The notes below the pieces were generated by a model. The model did no database searches. It had not been told where the DNA came from and was given only the letters and a program-made list of their open reading frames with translations. A DNA stretch of 64,000 nt from assembly GCA_038321985.1 (NCBI GenBank), contig JBBQFN010000028.1:8701-72700 (forward strand). The letters are read 5' to 3'. This document shows, one piece after another, positions 1-10,047 of the stretch (the stretch's first letter is position 1; every line of letters begins with the position of its first letter). The position numbers were made by a program, and so were the translations under genes. Origin of the DNA: Cyanophyceae cyanobacterium. Lineage in GTDB: Bacteria; Cyanobacteriota; Cyanobacteriia; Cyanobacteriales; Laspinemataceae.

Positions 1-431
1 TTAATGGGATAAATATTGCCCAGGCTTACTTAGGCGATCGCGCTGTTGAATCGGTCAAAGTTGACCCCTGGGATCCCAATCGACAAATTACTATCCTTAA
101 GGGCGATCGGCAACTGGTAACCCTAGTTACCGCTAGAGACAGCGAAATTCCGGCACCGGATGAGTTTATCGCCACAGAAATTACGCAGCAGATTTTTCGC
201 CGCCAACCGCAGATTTATCTAAATGAAGTAGAAACAACGACCCATTATCAACGGGTAAATGCTTCCCCCGAAAAAATCACTGCCAACCAAATCACCGCCA
301 TTTATTTGTCCCCTCAAGACCCTAATTATTTTGCTGCTGCCGGAGAGGCGATCGCCCTCTATCGCTATTACCTAGAATTATCGCCATCAAGTCTTCCTTT
401 AGGTCGGATGAACTCTCCCCCGGTAAAGTAA
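1..431 (+). CDS. 3' part of a conserved cyanobacterial hypothetical protein (DUF6816-like), truncated by the window edge
   Basis: Open frame from nt 3 (NGINIAQAYLGDRAV...ITAIYLSPQDPNYF...YRYYLEL...PVK) to TAA at 429-431; absent from the ORF track; family name is from recall. Confidence 0.7.
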   Translation, partial: NGINIAQAYLGDRAVESVKVDPWDPNRQITILKGDRQLVTLVTARDSEIPAPDEFIATEITQQIFRRQPQIYLNEVETTTHYQRVNASPEKITANQITAIYLSPQDPNYFAAAGEAIALYRYYLELSPSSLPLGRMNSPPVK

Positions 432-463
432 AGTAAATTTAACCCTAATACTGACTTTTAACA

Positions 464-2221
464 TTGTCTCGATCGCATTATTGGTTACTGCTGCCTTACC
501 TGCGTCCCCACTGGAACACCATCATTCGGGCGCTGATTTGTACGTTGATTTTTACTGTATTTTGGCCTCTGCAAGCCTGGTTAGCTGGTCGCATTGCTAA
601 TTTTATTGGGGCCGGGGAAGTGGCTGCGATCGCCCGGTTAGCGGGTATTGGTGCGCTAATTTTCCTAGGTCAAGGGATTGTCCAATATGGTCAAGACTCC
701 CTCATGGCTTCCGCCGCCCTTTCCATCGCCCTTGACCTCCGCAAGTCCATTTATACCCACCTCCACAAGCTCAATCTCGGCTTTTTTGAAACCGCTAAAA
801 CTGGTGACCTTTCCTATCGGCTAACCGAAGATATTGACCGCATTGGTGAAGTAGTGAATAAATTTTTTCATCAATTCGTTCCCTGCGTTTTACAACTGTT
901 AGTGGTGGTCGGTTATATGATTTATTTGAATTGGCAACTCACCTTTGCCACTTTATTAATCGCCCCCATCATGGCAATCTTAGTAAGTTGGTTTGGCAAT
1001 CAGTTATTAATTGTTTCGCGGCGCAGTCAAACCCAAATTTCTAATTTATCTGCCTTAATTTCTGAAGTGTTTAGTGGCATTCGCTTAGTCCAAGCCTTTG
1101 CCGCGGAAGACTATGAAATTGAGCGTTTTTCTAAAGAAGCCGCACACAACCGGCGTATGAAATATCGGGCTGAACAATTAAAAGCCATTCAATTTCCAGT
1201 GGTGGGATTTTTAGAAGCGTTAAGTGTGTTAATGCTATTTTTCCTAGGAGGATGGCAAATTTCCCAGGGAAATCTCACCGGCAGCGAGTTTGTTAGTTAT
1301 GTAGCGGCAGTTGCTTTGGTGATTAATCCCATCGCTTTGACGACGAGTAATTATAACGAATTTAAACAGGCAGAGGCATCGGTAGACCGGATTTTTGAAT
1401 TGTTTGCTGTGGAAGCAACAGTGGTGGAAAAAGCGGGGGCCCTCGCTTTACCTGCGGTAACTGGAAAGGTAGAATATCGAAATGTTTCCTTCAGTTACGG
1501 CGCGCAACCCACCCTTAATCCCGGAAAGGGGGAGACAGTGGCCGTGTTGCGAGAGTTAAGTTTAATCGCAGCACCGGGAGAGGCGATCGCGTTGGTAGGT
1601 GCTTCGGGTGCCGGTAAAACTACATTAGTTAATCTGTTACCTCGGTTTTACGATGTGCAAAGAGGTCAAATTCTGATTGATGGCATTGACATTCGGGATG
1701 TCACCATTCCGAGTCTGCGCCGTCAAATTGGAATTGTCCCCCAGGAAACCATTTTATTTACGGGAACTATTGCTCAAAATATCGCTTTTGGACAACTAGA
1801 ATATCGCCTAGAAGAGATAGAATCGGCAGCCAAAATTGCCAATGCAGAGGAGTTTATTAAAAAACTTCCTGATGGATATCAAAGTTGGGTGGGAGAACGA
1901 GGGGTAAATTTATCCGGGGGTCAGCGTCAACGCATTGCGATCGCCCGGGCGGTACTTCTTAATCCCCGGATCTTAATTTTAGATGAAGCTACTTCTGCGT
2001 TAGATTCCGAGTCGGAAGCCTTAGTCCAAGAAGCGTTAGAACGGCTAATGCAAAATCGCACCGTTTTTATCATCGCTCATCGTCTCGGGACAGTGCGCCG
2101 CGCCGATCGCATCTTAGTCATAGAAAAGGGGCAAATCTTAGAATCGGGCACTCATCACGAACTCCTGGAACAAGAGGGACAGTATGCGAAATTTTACGCC
2201 CAGCAGTTTGAGAGGGGGTAA
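464..2221 (+). CDS. ABC exporter, fused permease/ATPase (MsbA-like)
   Basis: N-terminal TM domain; Walker A GASGAGKT, signature LSGGQ, Walker B ILILDEATSALD, H-loop IAHRL. Confidence 0.93.
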   Translation: MSRSHYWLLLPYLRPHWNTIIRALICTLIFTVFWPLQAWLAGRIANFIGAGEVAAIARLAGIGALIFLGQGIVQYGQDSLMASAALSIALDLRKSIYTHLHKLNLGFFETAKTGDLSYRLTEDIDRIGEVVNKFFHQFVPCVLQLLVVVGYMIYLNWQLTFATLLIAPIMAILVSWFGNQLLIVSRRSQTQISNLSALISEVFSGIRLVQAFAAEDYEIERFSKEAAHNRRMKYRAEQLKAIQFPVVGFLEALSVLMLFFLGGWQISQGNLTGSEFVSYVAAVALVINPIALTTSNYNEFKQAEASVDRIFELFAVEATVVEKAGALALPAVTGKVEYRNVSFSYGAQPTLNPGKGETVAVLRELSLIAAPGEAIALVGASGAGKTTLVNLLPRFYDVQRGQILIDGIDIRDVTIPSLRRQIGIVPQETILFTGTIAQNIAFGQLEYRLEEIESAAKIANAEEFIKKLPDGYQSWVGERGVNLSGGQRQRIAIARAVLLNPRILILDEATSALDSESEALVQEALERLMQNRTVFIIAHRLGTVRRADRILVIEKGQILESGTHHELLEQEGQYAKFYAQQFERG

Positions 2222-2264
2222 TTAAAAATCCCTGGGGGTTTGTCAGCCCTCTCGGTGATTGCTT

Positions 2265-2723
2265 TCAAAGACTTTTAACGTATTGCAACAAATCCGCCAT
2301 GTCTTGCGGGTTGGGTTGAAATTGGGGCATGGGTGGGGTTTTGCCCCCCGTCACCTGATTGATAATGCCGACAGGAGATTTACGTTGAGAAACCCCAGTT
2401 AAGCTGGGTCCTACTTGCCACCCATTCTGGATACCATGACATCCAGCACAGTTCATTTGGAAGATAGCATGACCCCGAACGGAGTCTCCATCTAGGGTTA
2501 AAACGTTTTTGACATAGGGATCGGAGACTTGCAGTTGAAGGGCCAGAATAATCCCCAGGGCGATACCCACCAGAATAAATACAATGACTGAGCTTCGCGC
2601 ACCAAAGGCGATCGCCCCGCTTTCAGTGGGACAAGGTTCTACTGCTTTAGGTTTAGCGATATCGTTAGTCAAGGGTAGGGTAGTGTTCGGGGGATGTACA
2701 AATATTGTATTATTTTCTAACAT
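2265..2723 (-). CDS. cytM: cytochrome cM (c-type cytochrome)
   Basis: TM/signal segment, CAGCH heme motif, VGPSL, TPPMPQFQP..MADLLQY; divergent from petG as is usual in cyanobacteria; start uncertain. Confidence 0.85.
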   Translation of the reverse strand: MLENNTIFVHPPNTTLPLTNDIAKPKAVEPCPTESGAIAFGARSSVIVFILVGIALGIILALQLQVSDPYVKNVLTLDGDSVRGHAIFQMNCAGCHGIQNGWQVGPSLTGVSQRKSPVGIINQVTGGKTPPMPQFQPNPQDMADLLQYVKSL

Positions 2724-2927
2724 ATCTTAAAATTTCCGATCAGAAGGGGCATTGTACCGCGATTCTGGCTGAACCTGGGGCGCTCAGTGCCGATGGCATC
2801 ATCCGAGTTATCTACTCATCGGGACAACCAGACGCTTCCTTTCGAGTAGACTGCCGTTAGATGAGAGAATTGTAAGAAACCTTTACAGATTAAAATATAA
2901 CCCTAGTTGCAAAGGAGATTCATCGAC

Positions 2928-3041
2928 GTGGTTGAACCGTTACTGTCTGGCATTGTGTTGGGTTTGGTTGTGGTAACTCTAGCTGGTTTGTTTTTCGCCG
3001 CTTACCAGCAGTACAAGCGCGGGAGCGATTTGGGTTTGTAA
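2928..3041 (+). CDS. petG: cytochrome b6f complex subunit V (PetG)
   Basis: GTG start after AAGGAG; translates [37 protein letters not shown]; missed by the ORF track. Confidence 0.97.
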   Translation: MVEPLLSGIVLGLVVVTLAGLFFAAYQQYKRGSDLGL

Positions 3042-3067
3042 ACCGATCGCTCATTCCTGAGTAAGAC

Positions 3068-3118
3068 AATAGCGATCGCCGCTTTCGGGTCCTGAACTCA
3101 GGAGAGGCGATCGCTATT
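3068..3118. terminator. hairpin between convergent petG and rsmD with HIP1-containing arms; probable bidirectional terminator
   Basis: AATAGCGATCGCC ... GGCGATCGCTATT inverted repeat followed by a T-run. Confidence 0.55.
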
Positions 3119-3682
3119 TTAATGGGAGGACTCATCAGCAAGGGATAACCCGATGAATGTGACAGTCGTATTGCTGTAACGCCGTTCTCGGATGATTTCC
3201 AGGGTGGGAATGGGTTCGATGAGGAGGCGATCGCGACGGTGTTCTACGGCTATTTCCCCATCCGCTGTCAAAAGTTGATAATGGGCGATCGCCGCCAACA
3301 CCGGTTGATAGAGACTGCTAGCATAAGGCGGATCAAAATACATCCGGTCAAATTGGCGACCCTGCAAAGATTTTAACCGCGCCATCACATCCCCGCGCAG
3401 AATTTCCACCGATTGATCCGCTTGCTTCACCCGTTGCAAATTTTCACGAATAATCGCTAATGCACGAGGGGACTGTTCCATAGCCACCACTTCCACTGCA
3501 CCCCGACATAATGCCTCTGCACTCATTGTCCCGGCACCGGCACACAAATCTAACCAGCGACATCCAGCAATACTCCCTTGCCAAACATTAAATACCGCTT
3601 CCCGCACCCGTGCCGCAGTCGGTCGAGTTTGTTCACCGGATAAAGTTTTCAGTAACCGATTACCATAAATTCTAAGGCTCAT
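3119..3682 (-). CDS. rsmD: 16S rRNA m2G966 methyltransferase RsmD
   Basis: MSLRIYGNR..TRPT..RVREAVFN, LDLCAGAG SAM motif, FDPPY; start moved to the ATG at 3682. Confidence 0.9.
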   Translation of the reverse strand: MSLRIYGNRLLKTLSGEQTRPTAARVREAVFNVWQGSIAGCRWLDLCAGAGTMSAEALCRGAVEVVAMEQSPRALAIIRENLQRVKQADQSVEILRGDVMARLKSLQGRQFDRMYFDPPYASSLYQPVLAAIAHYQLLTADGEIAVEHRRDRLLIEPIPTLEIIRERRYSNTTVTFIGLSLADESSH

Positions 3683-4159
3683 AATAGTTAGGATAGTCGA
3701 TTCAGGTCTTAACCCGAATATGTGGAGGAAAAAGAATGAGAAAAATTTCACCGAACCCCACAGGAGAACCCCTGATGATAACCCAGGAATTAGGCTCCGC
3801 AGAGGGTATCCCACCCCTTATTTTACCCAATATTCCTTGGCAAACCTCCGAAGCAGTCTGAAAAGATGGTCCCAACTCCAAGTGAACTCCCTAAAGAGAA
3901 AATAGAGACCTTTTCTTAAGGGTAAAAAATTACTGTCAACGGTACCAATCAAGGCCGTAATTTCCAAAACTATTTTTAAGGGGGAGTAGGCGATCTCCTC
4001 TCTAACTGAAGTTTTCTGATTATCTTTCATGTGGGTTTTCTCCCAAGGGTTCAAAAAATAATAGTTTAAGGTTGGATTATCAATGTTATCCCGAAATATT
4101 GGTATTTTTTCAGTGAATCTTTTAAAATTGATAAAAATACTCGTGCAGGAACTCAACCC

Positions 4160-5542
4160 ATGAAAATTCCTAGTTCAGGGACCCCCCGGTTGTTGCAAAA
4201 GTTACAGTGGGTGATGAATCCAGTGGAATATATGGAAAGTCATGCTCGACATTATCCCGACCTCTTTCAAGCCGAAGTTCTCGGTTTTGGGGCTACCCTT
4301 GTCTTCGTCTCTCATCCCCAAGCGATTCAATACATTTTAACCCATGAAAACAAGCAATTGAGCGTCCCTGGAAAGGTGAATGAAATTGTAGAACCTTTGC
4401 TAGGAGAGTATTCGGTTATTATGTTAGAGGGCGATTGCCACCGTCGTCAGAGACAATTATTGATGCCTCCTTTTCATGGCGATCTCATGAAGTCTTACGG
4501 CGAAATGATTCGCGAAATTGCTGAAACTGTCATGAGCCAAGTCCCCAAATCACAGCCTTTTCTCGCTCGTTCTGTGATGTCTCAAATTTCGTTACAAGTG
4601 ATGCTAAGAACAGTTTTGGGGCTAGATATTACCGGAGAAAATTATCATCAATTAAAACATTTGCTAACTTCCATGTTAGATGTTTTTAATACTCCGGCTG
4701 CTTCGAGTTTACTATTTTTTAAACAATTGCAAGTAGATTTAGGCCGATGGAGTCCTTGGGGATATTTTTTGAGGATTCGAGAAAAAATTGATAAATTACT
4801 CTATGCAGAAATTGCGAATCGCCGTCAACAAGACTTGAGCGATCGCCTCGATATCCTGTCTCTGCTAATGTTGGCGCGGGATGCAGAGGGCGAAGCGATG
4901 ACCGATAAAGAATTACGGGATGAATTGCTGACCTTACTGTTTGCGGGGTACGAAACAACTGCCAGTGCGATGTCCTGGGCTTTATATTGGGTTCATGCGC
5001 TTCCAGAGGTTAAAAATCGTCTTCAGGAAGAAATTGCCAGTCTCGGGGATAATCCCGCACCGATGGATATTTTTGGTCTTCCTTATTTGACAGCAGTCAC
5101 TAATGAAGTTCTGCGACTTTATCCCGTGGCCATGTTAACCTTTCCTCGGCGAGTAGAAGAACCAATGGACTTATTAGGATACTCCCTCGAAGTCGGAACC
5201 CATTTAGTTGGTTCTATTTATCTACTCCATCATCGAGAAGATTTATATCCTGATTCCTATCACTTTAAGCCACAACGGTTCCTAGAACGGCAATTTTCTC
5301 CCTACGAATTTATGCCTTTTGGTGGGGGTAAACGTCGCTGCATTGGAGCAGCATTAGCGGCTTATGAAATGAAGCTGGTTTTAGCAACTGTCTTATCAGG
5401 CTATGATTTAAAATTAGCAGAAAAAGGTCCCGTCAAACCCCAGCGCCGAGGTATTACTTTATCACCGACTGGGGGAATTAAAATGATGAAGGTTGGCGAT
5501 CTCACCCGAACTCAGACACCCCAGTTAACCTCTGTCCGCTAG
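4160..5542 (+). CDS. cytochrome P450 (CYP110-like)
   Basis: I-helix AGYETT, ExxR (EVLR), FKPQRF, heme motif FGGGKRRCIG. Confidence 0.95.
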   Translation: MKIPSSGTPRLLQKLQWVMNPVEYMESHARHYPDLFQAEVLGFGATLVFVSHPQAIQYILTHENKQLSVPGKVNEIVEPLLGEYSVIMLEGDCHRRQRQLLMPPFHGDLMKSYGEMIREIAETVMSQVPKSQPFLARSVMSQISLQVMLRTVLGLDITGENYHQLKHLLTSMLDVFNTPAASSLLFFKQLQVDLGRWSPWGYFLRIREKIDKLLYAEIANRRQQDLSDRLDILSLLMLARDAEGEAMTDKELRDELLTLLFAGYETTASAMSWALYWVHALPEVKNRLQEEIASLGDNPAPMDIFGLPYLTAVTNEVLRLYPVAMLTFPRRVEEPMDLLGYSLEVGTHLVGSIYLLHHREDLYPDSYHFKPQRFLERQFSPYEFMPFGGGKRRCIGAALAAYEMKLVLATVLSGYDLKLAEKGPVKPQRRGITLSPTGGIKMMKVGDLTRTQTPQLTSVR

Positions 5543-5825
5543 AAAAAGTCTAACGCACTGGACTTTTGACCCATCGGAAAAAAGGAGGGGGATGGAAACT
5601 TTATTTCCCCTTCCTCTGCCTCCGGTATAGACTGATATTCAGCCATTTTCCCGGGAAAAATAGGGGGATTAAAAATCAGTGAAACCTCAACAGCAGGCGA
5701 TCGCCTCGATATGACGCAATACTCAAGCTAAAAAATTCTGATAGGCATTGTAAAATCATCCTGATGCCAGTTTAAAAAAATGCTCTATACTATACCTTTA
5801 ATTATAGACTTCAAGGAGACTCATC

Positions 5826-6956
5826 ATGGACTTATTTAATAAAGTTATCCCCGAGGGATTTTTGGACTTCTTACCCGGTGTCGGCAACGATGACCAAGAG
5901 GAAACGGACGCAGCGCGAGATATTGCTATTAAAGCAGCTAAATTTATCACCCTAGGACCGACAGGCTTTGTCCTGAGTTCTGTGTTTTCCCGCCTGATTG
6001 GAAACGTTGATGTGAATCAAGTGGGTTCGCAACTTCTAAACCAGGTTAATCAATTGATTGAGTCGAATCAAACGGCAGTTAACTCAACTCAGTTCCTCAA
6101 CTCTGCGATTGGAGAAATTCGTAATTATGTTAACAGCAATGAAATTACCCAGCGGTTTTCTTTAACTAAAATTAGTGATTTTGTCAACACTAATTTGATT
6201 GAAAATAGCACAGTCCGACAAGGTTTTTCTGATCTGATTAATCGAGCGGCTCAAGGCGGTCAATTAGGGCGGTTTGTTGATGCAGATTCAGCCAGTAACT
6301 TAATTGAAATGGCTTTAGAGGATATTAATTGGCCGGGAGGATTACGCGCACTTGAAGGGGATGATCGCATTATCGGCACTGCCAGTTCCGACGTCGCTAA
6401 TGGCAACCAGGGAAATGATTCGCTCATTGGGGGAGAAGGGGATGATTTTCTCCGGGGTGGCAGAGATAATGATTTGCTCGATGGAGGCCTCGGCAATGAT
6501 ATCCTGAATGGCAATTTAGGCGATGATACAGTTCGGGGTGGTGCCGGGGATGACTTAATTCGCGGGGGCCAAGGAAATGATGTTTTATATGGCGATGAAG
6601 GCCGAGATATTCTGACTGGAGATATGGGGTCAGATTTTCTCTATGGCGGTGCTGATGCAGATGATTTTATCTTACGAGGGGATGTTGCTGGGACCGATAC
6701 CGCCACTGCCGATCGCATTTTAGATTTTAATGCCGCCCAAGGAGATCGGATTAAATTAGTCAATGTGGCTGATCTCTCTAACATTATCCTGGGGGCGGTT
6801 GATATTAATACCGACGGGATTGGAGATACGGCCCTAATTGATTCTAATAACCGCGTATTGGGTGTCGTGATGAATGTCAATGTTTCCGAGTTCAACTTAC
6901 TCGATTATACCCAGGTGGTGAGTGCCGAAGATTTAGGGATTGATTTACTGGGATAG
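5826..6956 (+). CDS. RTX/hemolysin-type calcium-binding repeat protein
   Basis: Many GGxGxDxL nonapeptide repeats in the C-terminal half, ADRILDFN..GDRI; RBS AAGGAG. Confidence 0.88.
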   Translation: MDLFNKVIPEGFLDFLPGVGNDDQEETDAARDIAIKAAKFITLGPTGFVLSSVFSRLIGNVDVNQVGSQLLNQVNQLIESNQTAVNSTQFLNSAIGEIRNYVNSNEITQRFSLTKISDFVNTNLIENSTVRQGFSDLINRAAQGGQLGRFVDADSASNLIEMALEDINWPGGLRALEGDDRIIGTASSDVANGNQGNDSLIGGEGDDFLRGGRDNDLLDGGLGNDILNGNLGDDTVRGGAGDDLIRGGQGNDVLYGDEGRDILTGDMGSDFLYGGADADDFILRGDVAGTDTATADRILDFNAAQGDRIKLVNVADLSNIILGAVDINTDGIGDTALIDSNNRVLGVVMNVNVSEFNLLDYTQVVSAEDLGIDLLG

Positions 6957-7185
6957 ACGATAGCAAGTCTGAATGAATTAACCCTTTTTTTTTGAGCAGT
7001 AGGAAACATCTTCCTCCCTACTGCTCAGGGGAAGATGCTCCACCGGATTAATTTTAGGGTTAGGATGCATTGAGACAAGGCGATAGAACAGGGCGATCGC
7101 TCCTGCAATTTGTTCTATAATTTCCTTAAGTTTTCTTGATGATTCAATTCAAAAACCTTGAAGGCGACTGCCAATTTTATAAATC

Positions 7186-8175
7186 ATGGTTCTCATCCGC
7201 ATTCTCAAATCCTGGGAAATTCCCGAACACCAAGCTACTCCAGAAACAGCCTTTTTATCCCGGCGTCGCTTTTTGAAGACCGCCATCGCTGCTGGTGTCG
7301 GGACTGCAATTCTGCCGATGGGAGGTTGTAAAAGTGAATCGAATGATGATTCCGTAGGGGAACTGATTCAAAATACCACTCCCTTAGCCAATATCCCCCG
7401 CAACCCCAATTTTGTAGAAGGCGATCGCCCCCTCACGGAACAAGCATTTGCTTCTCGCTACAATAACTTTTATGAATTTGGCGGAACAAAATCCATTTGG
7501 AAATCAGCCCAAAGTTTGCCCACAGAAAACTGGAAAGTAGAAGTTAGTGGATTAATCAAAAAACCCCGTATTTATGATATTGCTGAAATTCAGCGACAGT
7601 TTCCCCTAGAAGAACGCATCTATCGCTTCCGATGTGTAGAAGCCTGGGCAATGGTTGTTCCCTGGATTGGATTTCCTATGAAACGCCTGATCGAAGCCGT
7701 AGAACCGACCAGTGCCGCTAAATTTGTCAGATTTACCTCATTTTATGATCCAGAAATTACGCCAGGACCGGGGTTTCATTTAGGAACGTTACCTTGGCCT
7801 TACACGGAAAGTTTACGAATAGAGGAAATGGCAAACGAATTAGCCTTTTTTGCTACGGGAATTTACGGTCGAACCCTTCCCAAACAACATGGGGCACCCC
7901 TGCGTATGATAATCCCGTGGAAATACGGGTTTAAGGGAGCTAAATCTATTGTTAAAATTGAATTTCTAGCAGAACAACCGGCAACTTATTGGAATACTTT
8001 GGTGCCAAGCGAGTACGATTTAGAGGCGAATGTCAATCCGAATAAGCCTCATCCGCGCTGGTCTCAAGCAACTGAACGGCTCGTTAGCACGGGACCGGCT
8101 TTATCGTGGAAACGTCAGCCCACCCTTCCCTATAACGGTTATGGGGAATGGGTTAGCGACTTGTACTCTACTTAA
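7186..8175 (+). CDS. msrP: protein-methionine-sulfoxide reductase catalytic subunit MsrP (molybdopterin, Tat-exported)
   Basis: SRRRFLK Tat motif, YNNFYEFG, YRFRCVEAW, HGAPLR..PWKYGFKGAKSI, HPRWSQA. Confidence 0.95.
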   Translation: MVLIRILKSWEIPEHQATPETAFLSRRRFLKTAIAAGVGTAILPMGGCKSESNDDSVGELIQNTTPLANIPRNPNFVEGDRPLTEQAFASRYNNFYEFGGTKSIWKSAQSLPTENWKVEVSGLIKKPRIYDIAEIQRQFPLEERIYRFRCVEAWAMVVPWIGFPMKRLIEAVEPTSAAKFVRFTSFYDPEITPGPGFHLGTLPWPYTESLRIEEMANELAFFATGIYGRTLPKQHGAPLRMIIPWKYGFKGAKSIVKIEFLAEQPATYWNTLVPSEYDLEANVNPNKPHPRWSQATERLVSTGPALSWKRQPTLPYNGYGEWVSDLYST

Positions 8176-8541
8176 AAAGGCCCCTTTAATTGGGGGGAGG
8201 CGGAGGGTTTTACCGCTAGAGTGCATTACCTTTTTGAGTGGATACTGCGTCATGTCTTGCCGCCTGTTGATGGCGATCGCAAACTAGCCCAGTTCTCTAA
8301 AAAAAAGATAAATATAGCTGGCGCGTGGGAACGGAATTGATCACGGATTAGACCACTTAATCAGGGTTAAATGAAACAGTCTGGTAACATTCCCAGAGTT
8401 GGGTAAAAAAATCCGCCTACTCCTAGGGATTTAGGGATGCATCTGCACTGTACAACCGAAGAAATAGTATTTGTACTCGTCCCAGTCTCCGGAATTGGAG
8501 GTAATCTGGGTGGTGCATATTGAATTGGGAGTCAATTTGTT

Positions 8542-8793
8542 ATGAGTAACCATCAGCACGAAGACCGGGGGGCAGCAGAGAAAGCATTCTTAGATTCGCT
8601 GAATGCATTGCAGGAGCGTTTGCAATTGGTTGAGGACCAGAAGGCGGCATCCGCCCTCGAAGCTGAACGGCAAGCGATCCAAACTGCAAAAGAAGAGAAA
8701 AAGGCGACTTTTACCCTTCATGATCTGGAAGAGGCGGTGGCGGATATTGATGAATTTTTTAAAGCATTGCATAAACCCGAGGCTGAACTTTGA
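8542..8793 (+). CDS. hypothetical small helical protein
   Basis: 83-aa ORF with RBS GGGAG; AAEKAFLDSLNAL ... LEEAVADIDEFF resembles small cyanobacterial hypothetical proteins. Confidence 0.65.
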   Translation: MSNHQHEDRGAAEKAFLDSLNALQERLQLVEDQKAASALEAERQAIQTAKEEKKATFTLHDLEEAVADIDEFFKALHKPEAEL

Positions 8794-8823
8794 GGAATTG
8801 AGTTGAGCTTGGGAAGCATTTTT

Positions 8824-9606
8824 CTAAGGGCTTTTTTGCCGGAGGGCTTCATACAAAATGAGGGCGGCAGCGATCGCCACATTTAAGGATTCGACCCCAG
8901 ACTGGAGGGGGATGCGGACTCGATAGTTGGCGGTGGAAAGTAAGTCTTCAGATAATCCCGCGCCTTCATTTCCGAGTAAAACTAAGGTCGGCTGATGGTA
9001 ATCAATTTCCCAGTAAGTTAGGGGTGCATCGGCATCGGTTGAAATTACCTGCACCCCTTGTTGTTGAGCGCGTACTACATCAGTTTTCAAATCAGCACTG
9101 ACGGAAACAGGCAAGCGAAACCACTGTCCGGCCGAGGCACGTAAAACTTTTGGAGAATCGGCATCGACACTATCGCGACTTAACCAGATCCCTTGAGTCC
9201 CGGTTGCGGCAGCAGTTCTAATCAGAGTGCCGAGATTGCCGGGGTCTTGGAGCGTTTCTAATGCCAGTGTCAAACCGGACAGAGGAAGCGAAGGGATGGG
9301 GGACTCCCGCCGTTTGGCGACTGCCACAACTCCATCGGGTTGTACCGTGGTGGCAACTGCCTTGAGAACTGCTTCGTTGACGAGTTCAGTCCGGGGCGAT
9401 CGCGCTATCACCTTTTGGGATAATTCCGGATGGCGTTCTTGCCATTCTGGTGTACAACAGACCACCTCCAGGGGATAATCCACGCTACAGGCCTCCTCTA
9501 TCAGGTGCGTCCCTTCCACCAGAAACATCTGTTGGCGATCGCGCTCCTTTGCCCCATGCAACTTCCGCATCTGCTTGACCAGAGGATTCTGAAGGCTCGT
9601 CAACAT
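8824..9606 (-). CDS. TrmH/SpoU-family RNA methyltransferase
   Basis: MLTSLQNPLVK start (the longer ORF-track start overlaps the tRNA); QDPGNLGTLIRTA, LGNEGAGL, ESLNVAIA SPOUT motifs. Confidence 0.92.
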   Translation of the reverse strand: MLTSLQNPLVKQMRKLHGAKERDRQQMFLVEGTHLIEEACSVDYPLEVVCCTPEWQERHPELSQKVIARSPRTELVNEAVLKAVATTVQPDGVVAVAKRRESPIPSLPLSGLTLALETLQDPGNLGTLIRTAAATGTQGIWLSRDSVDADSPKVLRASAGQWFRLPVSVSADLKTDVVRAQQQGVQVISTDADAPLTYWEIDYHQPTLVLLGNEGAGLSEDLLSTANYRVRIPLQSGVESLNVAIAAALILYEALRQKSP

Positions 9607-9628
9607 GGAGGTATTAAGGGGGTGTAGA

Positions 9629-9712
9629 TGCGGAACCCGGGACTTGAACCCGGAAGTCCTTGCGGACACTAGAACCTGAATCTAGCGCGTCTACCAATTC
9701 CGCCAGTTCCGC
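9629..9712 (-). tRNA. trnL: tRNA-Leu(CAG)
   Basis: GCGGAACTGGCGGAATTGGTAGACGCGCTAGATTCAGGTTCTAGTG...GGTTCAAGTCCCGGGTTCCGCA; long variable arm; no encoded CCA. Confidence 0.96.
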
Positions 9713-9741
9713 GAAAACGCAGTTTTGCACTGCGATTTATC

Positions 9742-9770
9742 ATAGTGCCTCAATCCCTCATGGATGTCAA
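9742..9770 (-). promoter_or_regulatory. sigma70-type promoter for tRNA-Leu(CAG) and the TrmH-family gene
   Basis: TTGACA-N17-CACTAT(GAT) on the minus strand, 30 nt upstream of the tRNA. Confidence 0.6.
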
Positions 9771-10047
9771 GGGGTCAACCGAAAAAAAAAATTCCCCAAT
9801 TAGGGCATCTACCTACTACACTTTTGAGGAATGTCCAGATTCAGGTACACCTGTAGACTAAGCTGAAATGCTTCCTTGGAAATGATGCAAACACTGAGGA
9901 ACTCCTCGCCGTGAAATCCTCATCCCTAGGGAGACATCACAACTTTAAAGCCACCGGAATTGATTTTTTTTAGGCAGAAATCTGGACATCTAAAATATTT
10001 CCGGTAGAATCAAAACGAAATCGAAAGGTGTACCACATCCACTGATT

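Noticed and set aside
2871..2887. TGTAAGAAACCTTTACA between cytM and petG as an NtcA site
   Set aside because: Spacing is GTA-N9-TAC rather than N8; it may bind another regulator, but this cannot be assigned.
2920..3141. 73-aa minus-strand ORF
   Set aside because: Antisense shadow of petG, which is the real gene here.
3720..4156. ORFs 3720-3905 (+) and 3818-4156 (-)
   Set aside because: No recognisable motifs, and they lie in the divergent rsmD/P450 promoter region; probably spurious.
6993..7027. TGAGCAGTAGG...CCTACTGCTCA hairpin after the RTX gene as a terminator
   Set aside because: The T-run precedes rather than follows the stem, so it is not a canonical intrinsic terminator; left unannotated.
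9607..9669. N-terminal extension of the TrmH-family ORF given by the track
   Set aside because: It runs through tRNA-Leu(CAG); the family-typical start is the ATG at 9606.
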